38,692 bases of DNA, from positions 1-38,692 of the IMG/VR virus record IMGVR_UViG_3300020441_000430; one strand, given 5' to 3'. Source of the DNA: a virus (Duplodnaviria > Caudoviricetes). Position 1 is the first letter of the stretch. The number at the start of each line of letters is the position of its first letter. The translations under genes and the position numbers were made by a program. This document shows, piece by piece, positions 35,606 through 38,692 of the stretch. Under the pieces are notes generated by a model. The model was not told where the DNA came from and made no database searches. It worked only from the letters and a program-made list of their open reading frames with translations.

Positions 35606-36619
35606 TTATCCCCTTATATTTTCCAAAGGTTCAGGTATCTCAATATCAATGTCATCATCATTCGATTCGTCAATCTCATGTAATTCGTTGGTGCCATCGC
35701 TATTATGTGGATGCCTGTGTCCTTCGTCAATAACCCAATAGCCTCTATCATGACCTTGGTAAATTAATTCCAACACGGCAGCTTCAATAGCCACTCGTGT
35801 TGCGTAAGTCACTGACTCATTATTTCCCACTCCGTCCTCGAATTCGACTAACTGTGTTCCTTCTTCTATGAATCGGAATACATCGCCTCCTTCACCGACT
35901 GAAAGGATAGTCTTTCTAGTCTGGACATTTAATAAAACTTCGCCTGTTAGAACTGATACAGCTCTCATACTTACAGTGACGGCATCTTTACGATACTGTC
36001 TACTTACTCCAATCCCTAATGTTCTGGCGCCTCGACCACCAGTATAAAGATTGGAATCATAACCAACAATACCACCCTCTATTATAATACCTGCAAATAG
36101 GAGTGGATTTAATTCTTGATACTTGTCTTGTCCTTCTTTTTTTGCAAAGTCTTGCCTTGCACTTCTAATAATTTGTCTCTCTCTAACTAAGTGATCTATG
36201 CCATTTCTTTCTACAACTCTAAACCATTTATTACCACCAGCAGTTTTCAATGCATCAATCACCATAGGTGTGCCACCTTGTGTGACTGCTGTAGAGAATG
36301 ATGCAATGTTTGGTAATTCTTTTCTCTGACCTGTTAAGTCTTGAAACTTATATACTGCCACTACAGGCATCTCTTTTGCAGGTGGTAAATCTAACAATTC
36401 TAAAAATGAAGGAAGTCTAATAACTTCTGCCTCGTCTACACAAATGTATGGCATTGCTCTTTCAAAAGTTCTGCCAAGTGCCTTTGCGTAATTCACTAAG
36501 TCATGGTTATACTCTTCTCCCCATGTTCTAGGATTACAATCTTGTGGGTCACTAGAAAACTTGGGGACTGATGCACAACCAGATAGTAGAATTGTTAGTG
36601 CTAGTAAATACTTAACCAT
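35606..36619 (-). CDS. csgG: curli secretion channel CsgG-like lipoprotein
   Basis: Lipobox LLSGC; VAVY.F.D.TGQRK, FSTAVTQG, WF.VVER.G...L..ERQIIR, EGGIVGYD; start moved to ATG 36619. Confidence 0.9.
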   Translation of the reverse strand: MVKYLLALTILLSGCASVPKFSSDPQDCNPRTWGEEYNHDLVNYAKALGRTFERAMPYICVDEAEVIRLPSFLELLDLPPAKEMPVVAVYKFQDLTGQRKELPNIASFSTAVTQGGTPMVIDALKTAGGNKWFRVVERNGIDHLVRERQIIRSARQDFAKKEGQDKYQELNPLLFAGIIIEGGIVGYDSNLYTGGRGARTLGIGVSRQYRKDAVTVSMRAVSVLTGEVLLNVQTRKTILSVGEGGDVFRFIEEGTQLVEFEDGVGNNESVTYATRVAIEAAVLELIYQGHDRGYWVIDEGHRHPHNSDGTNELHEIDESNDDDIDIEIPEPLENIRG

Positions 36620-37085
36620 CAGGATCTTGTCCGAAGTTTCCAGTTCCAATTGGTATTTCAATGACTGTTTCAGTTCCGTCAGAACCAGTAATTGTCATTC
36701 TAATATACTCTGAACCATCTTCATTTGTAATCACTTCATATGTGACTACATTTCCTTCTAGTGTGAAAGAACCAAATCTAACAGAACCATCATTTGAGAA
36801 CATAGATTCAACCAATTGTTTTGCCATTTGGGCATAGATTCTTGATTCTAAGTTCCTGATAAATTTTGCTAAGGTTGAATTATCTGCCTCTCTTTCAGCT
36901 GCCTTTCTAGCAGCTTCAAGGGCGTCCTCGATTTCTTTTTTTCTTGAATGTTCTTGGTTTTCTATGGTTAGATAGTGAGCGCCTTGGCCTTTTCCTGAAA
37001 AGCTAGGGTTCTTAAACTCATGAACAATAGGTGTCGCAAACAATGTTGCGCTTAAAAATAAACTACTTAATATTATTATCTTCAC
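36612..37085 (-). CDS. csgF: curli assembly protein CsgF-like
   Basis: Signal peptide then F.NPSFSG motif; F..NLESRIYAQ....L; adjacent to csgG. Confidence 0.85.
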   Translation of the reverse strand: MKIIILSSLFLSATLFATPIVHEFKNPSFSGKGQGAHYLTIENQEHSRKKEIEDALEAARKAAEREADNSTLAKFIRNLESRIYAQMAKQLVESMFSNDGSVRFGSFTLEGNVVTYEVITNEDGSEYIRMTITGSDGTETVIEIPIGTGNFGQDPDG

Positions 37086-37395
37086 TTGATTTCTCCTTTA
37101 GTATCTGAGAGTCTCTATACTCTAATACTGTATTTAACTTCTCTTGAAGTCTAATCTGATCTTGATCTAGCATTCGCATCTGATCTATCAGTTTAATTAA
37201 AACCGTCTGTTGTTTATCAATCATCGGTTGTAATTCATCAGTCACAAATTTCCAGACAAAGTAGATAAAATAACCCATTGCAAGTGCAATGATTATTGGG
37301 AAACCAAATTCATTTAACATATCTGCAACTACAGATAGATAATCAACTTCTAAATCTAAGACATCTTCTCTTTCGATGTTAATCTCTTCTTGCAT
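37063..37395 (-). CDS. small membrane protein with TM helix and coiled coil
   Basis: EFGFPII.A..MGYFIYFVW helix; LIDQ.RMLD.D.IRL; similar to neighbour. Confidence 0.65.
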   Translation of the reverse strand: MQEEINIEREDVLDLEVDYLSVVADMLNEFGFPIIIALAMGYFIYFVWKFVTDELQPMIDKQQTVLIKLIDQMRMLDQDQIRLQEKLNTVLEYRDSQILKEKSSEDNNIK

Positions 37396-37672
37396 CTATG
37401 CTACCATCCTCTACAAAATTTTCCGCTCGAGCAACTCTCTCTAAATCAGGTTTTAATTCGAGATGTTGTGAAATAAGTAGGTCAATTTTTACTATATCAT
37501 TATTCATAACTCTTGCTCTATCTTCTAACATAGCAATAATACCTGTAAGAGACTTAACACTGTCAAGCACTCCTTCAAGTATGTATTTCAAAGTTAAGAA
37601 GATAAAGAAAGCCATAACTAGAGAACCAAAAATTGGTGCTCCTACTTCTGCTAAAAAATCTATCCAGTTCAT
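37379..37672 (-). CDS. small membrane protein with TM helix and coiled coil
   Basis: EVGAPI.G....AFFIFLTL helix; first gene after TATAAATA; start ATG 37672. Confidence 0.65.
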   Translation of the reverse strand: MNWIDFLAEVGAPIFGSLVMAFFIFLTLKYILEGVLDSVKSLTGIIAMLEDRARVMNNDIVKIDLLISQHLELKPDLERVARAENFVEDGSIDARRD

Positions 37673-37685
37673 AATATTATACAAC

Positions 37686-37693
37686 TATTTATA
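37686..37693 (-). promoter_or_regulatory. T4-type late promoter heading the curli/cyclase operon
   Basis: Perfect TATAAATA just downstream of a terminator. Confidence 0.7.
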
Positions 37694-37717
37694 CGAATAG
37701 AATAGTCTCAGAGGCAT

Positions 37718-37743
37718 AAAAAAAGGGGTCTTACGACCCCTTT
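37718..37743 (-). terminator. intrinsic terminator
   Basis: GGGGTC-GTAA-GACCCC followed by a U-tract. Confidence 0.85.
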
Positions 37744-37766
37744 ATGTTTTTATTTGAATAGTGCAG

Positions 37767-38075
37767 TTATGCTCTTAGCTGTGCCCAAATTTCATTTACG
37801 ACTTCAGCTTTTTTACCACTTCTCTTAACTGCTAAAGATTCTCTATCTGCCATTTCTAGCAACTGAACCTTAGTCAATCTGTTAAGTTCTGCTTTTGAAG
37901 TCACGCCATTGTCGTTAGCATCAGCCACTGGTGCTGGTGCAGGCGCTGGAGTGATTTCACTCGCAGTATCTACTCCTCTGTAAGTAGTTGTAGATGAAGA
38001 GGATGTAGTTGTGTATCTGTCATAGACAACATATCCAACCACTGCTACTACTAATATTGCAATAAAGTATTCCAT
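37767..38075 (-). CDS. membrane-anchored protein with C-terminal Rho-N/SAP-like helical motif
   Basis: N-terminal TM, T/S/PA linker, L..LTK.QL.E.A......V..S.KKAE motif; GAGG SD. Confidence 0.6.
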   Translation of the reverse strand: MEYFIAILVVAVVGYVVYDRYTTTSSSSTTTYRGVDTASEITPAPAPAPVADANDNGVTSKAELNRLTKVQLLEMADRESLAVKRSGKKAEVVNEIWAQLRA

Positions 38076-38105
38076 AATTACCTCTCAATTTATTATGCAG
38101 TCTCC

Positions 38106-38144
38106 ATTATATTAGAAAGTGCATAAACTATCAAGTGGTTTTTT
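38106..38144 (-). promoter_or_regulatory. sigma70-type promoter (AAAAAACCAC class)
   Basis: AAAAAACCAC-TTGATA-17 nt-TATAAT. Confidence 0.65.
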
Positions 38145-38148
38145 AAAA

Positions 38149-38325
38149 TTACTTGTCTTTGGCTTTGCCGACATTAATCGCAACCCAATCAAGGACAGAA
38201 TAGGCCTTTTTGACCCAACCATCATCAATCGGAGTAGGTGTCAAGGCAGCTACTAAAGAAGCACCCATGACTAACCATGGTATTACTTGCACCCATGCTA
38301 TAATCCATTGTAGAAATTCTAACAT
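38149..38325 (-). CDS. small membrane protein, holin-like (58 aa, not in ORF track)
   Basis: MLEFLQWIIAWVQVIPWLVMGASLVAALTPTPIDDGWVKKAYSVLDWVAINVGKAKDK; GGAGG SD; TAAATA at 38348-38353. Confidence 0.65.
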   Translation of the reverse strand: MLEFLQWIIAWVQVIPWLVMGASLVAALTPTPIDDGWVKKAYSVLDWVAINVGKAKDK

Positions 38326-38350
38326 ATTATCCTCCTAAATGTGATATTAT

Positions 38351-38692
38351 TTAGGAAATCGTGTTGCCGATAGAGTATTTTTGAGTGAGAACCCACTCTG
38401 TTTTTTCTTTAAAAGGTATCACTTTGATTTGTGATAAAGGTGCTCTTGGTTCTGATATTTGATTTGAATCTAATACTTTAACTAGATTCCATTGTCTCAG
38501 TAGATCAACAATAGTGTTTCTTCGACCGATATCTGACTCATCAAAATTAGTTTGTTTACCATCTAATTTGAATAGTTCTTTAAAATGAACGATGTAATAC
38601 TTACCTTTTTTGTGCAGAATATGACAAGATTGAAACAACTCTTTTTCTTTTCTTGATGCCACACCAATACGAGATAAAGTTTCTCTTATCTT
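38351..38692 (-). CDS. regA: RegA translational repressor (5' end outside window)
   Basis: Frame open to the edge: KIRETLSRIGVAS...LFQSCHILHK.G.YYIVHFKELF.LDG...RRNTI. Confidence 0.95.
   Translation of the reverse strand, partial: KIRETLSRIGVASRKEKELFQSCHILHKKGKYYIVHFKELFKLDGKQTNFDESDIGRRNTIVDLLRQWNLVKVLDSNQISEPRAPLSQIKVIPFKEKTEWVLTQKYSIGNTIS

Noticed and set aside
1176-37700. Numerous plus-strand ORFs in the ORF track
   Set aside because: They lie antisense to well-supported minus-strand genes and show the S/F/L-rich composition of shadow frames
1-38692. CRISPR array, IS element, or intron/intein in gp43, gp41 or uvsX
   Set aside because: No regularly spaced repeats or transposase seen; core genes are uninterrupted and of normal length

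Overview
AT-rich 38.7 kb segment of a T4-like myovirus genome, most similar in gene content to marine T4-like phages. Essentially all real genes are on the minus strand. In transcription order (right to left): regA (partial); a late-promoter operon with two small membrane proteins, csgF, csgG, two curlin-like proteins, a FecR-domain protein and a CHASE2 class III cyclase; radical SAM and SDR-like genes; a structured ~270 nt leader and hsp20; an atypical tRNA-Gly(ACC); peroxiredoxin; and the replication core (gp43, uvsX, gp41). The core is interleaved with a Mom-like enzyme, two DUF4338/DruA-like proteins, iscU, an SNase nuclease and a lysozyme. Next come small accessory genes and a ~1.2 kb highly structured transcription unit without a credible ORF, bounded by a sigma70 promoter and a terminator (candidate giant ncRNA). 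The last ~13 kb is a late-promoter block of probable head-internal proteins with T4 capsid-targeting-like N-termini, including ligase-like, ParB-like and nucleotidyltransferase-kinase enzymes. Most notable candidates: (1) a tRNA-Gly with non-proteinogenic hallmarks near a Mom-like DNA-modifying enzyme, (2) the large ncRNA, (3) the curli/FecR/cyclase operon, (4) enzymes possibly packaged in the capsid. All family calls are by motif recognition; no database searches were run.
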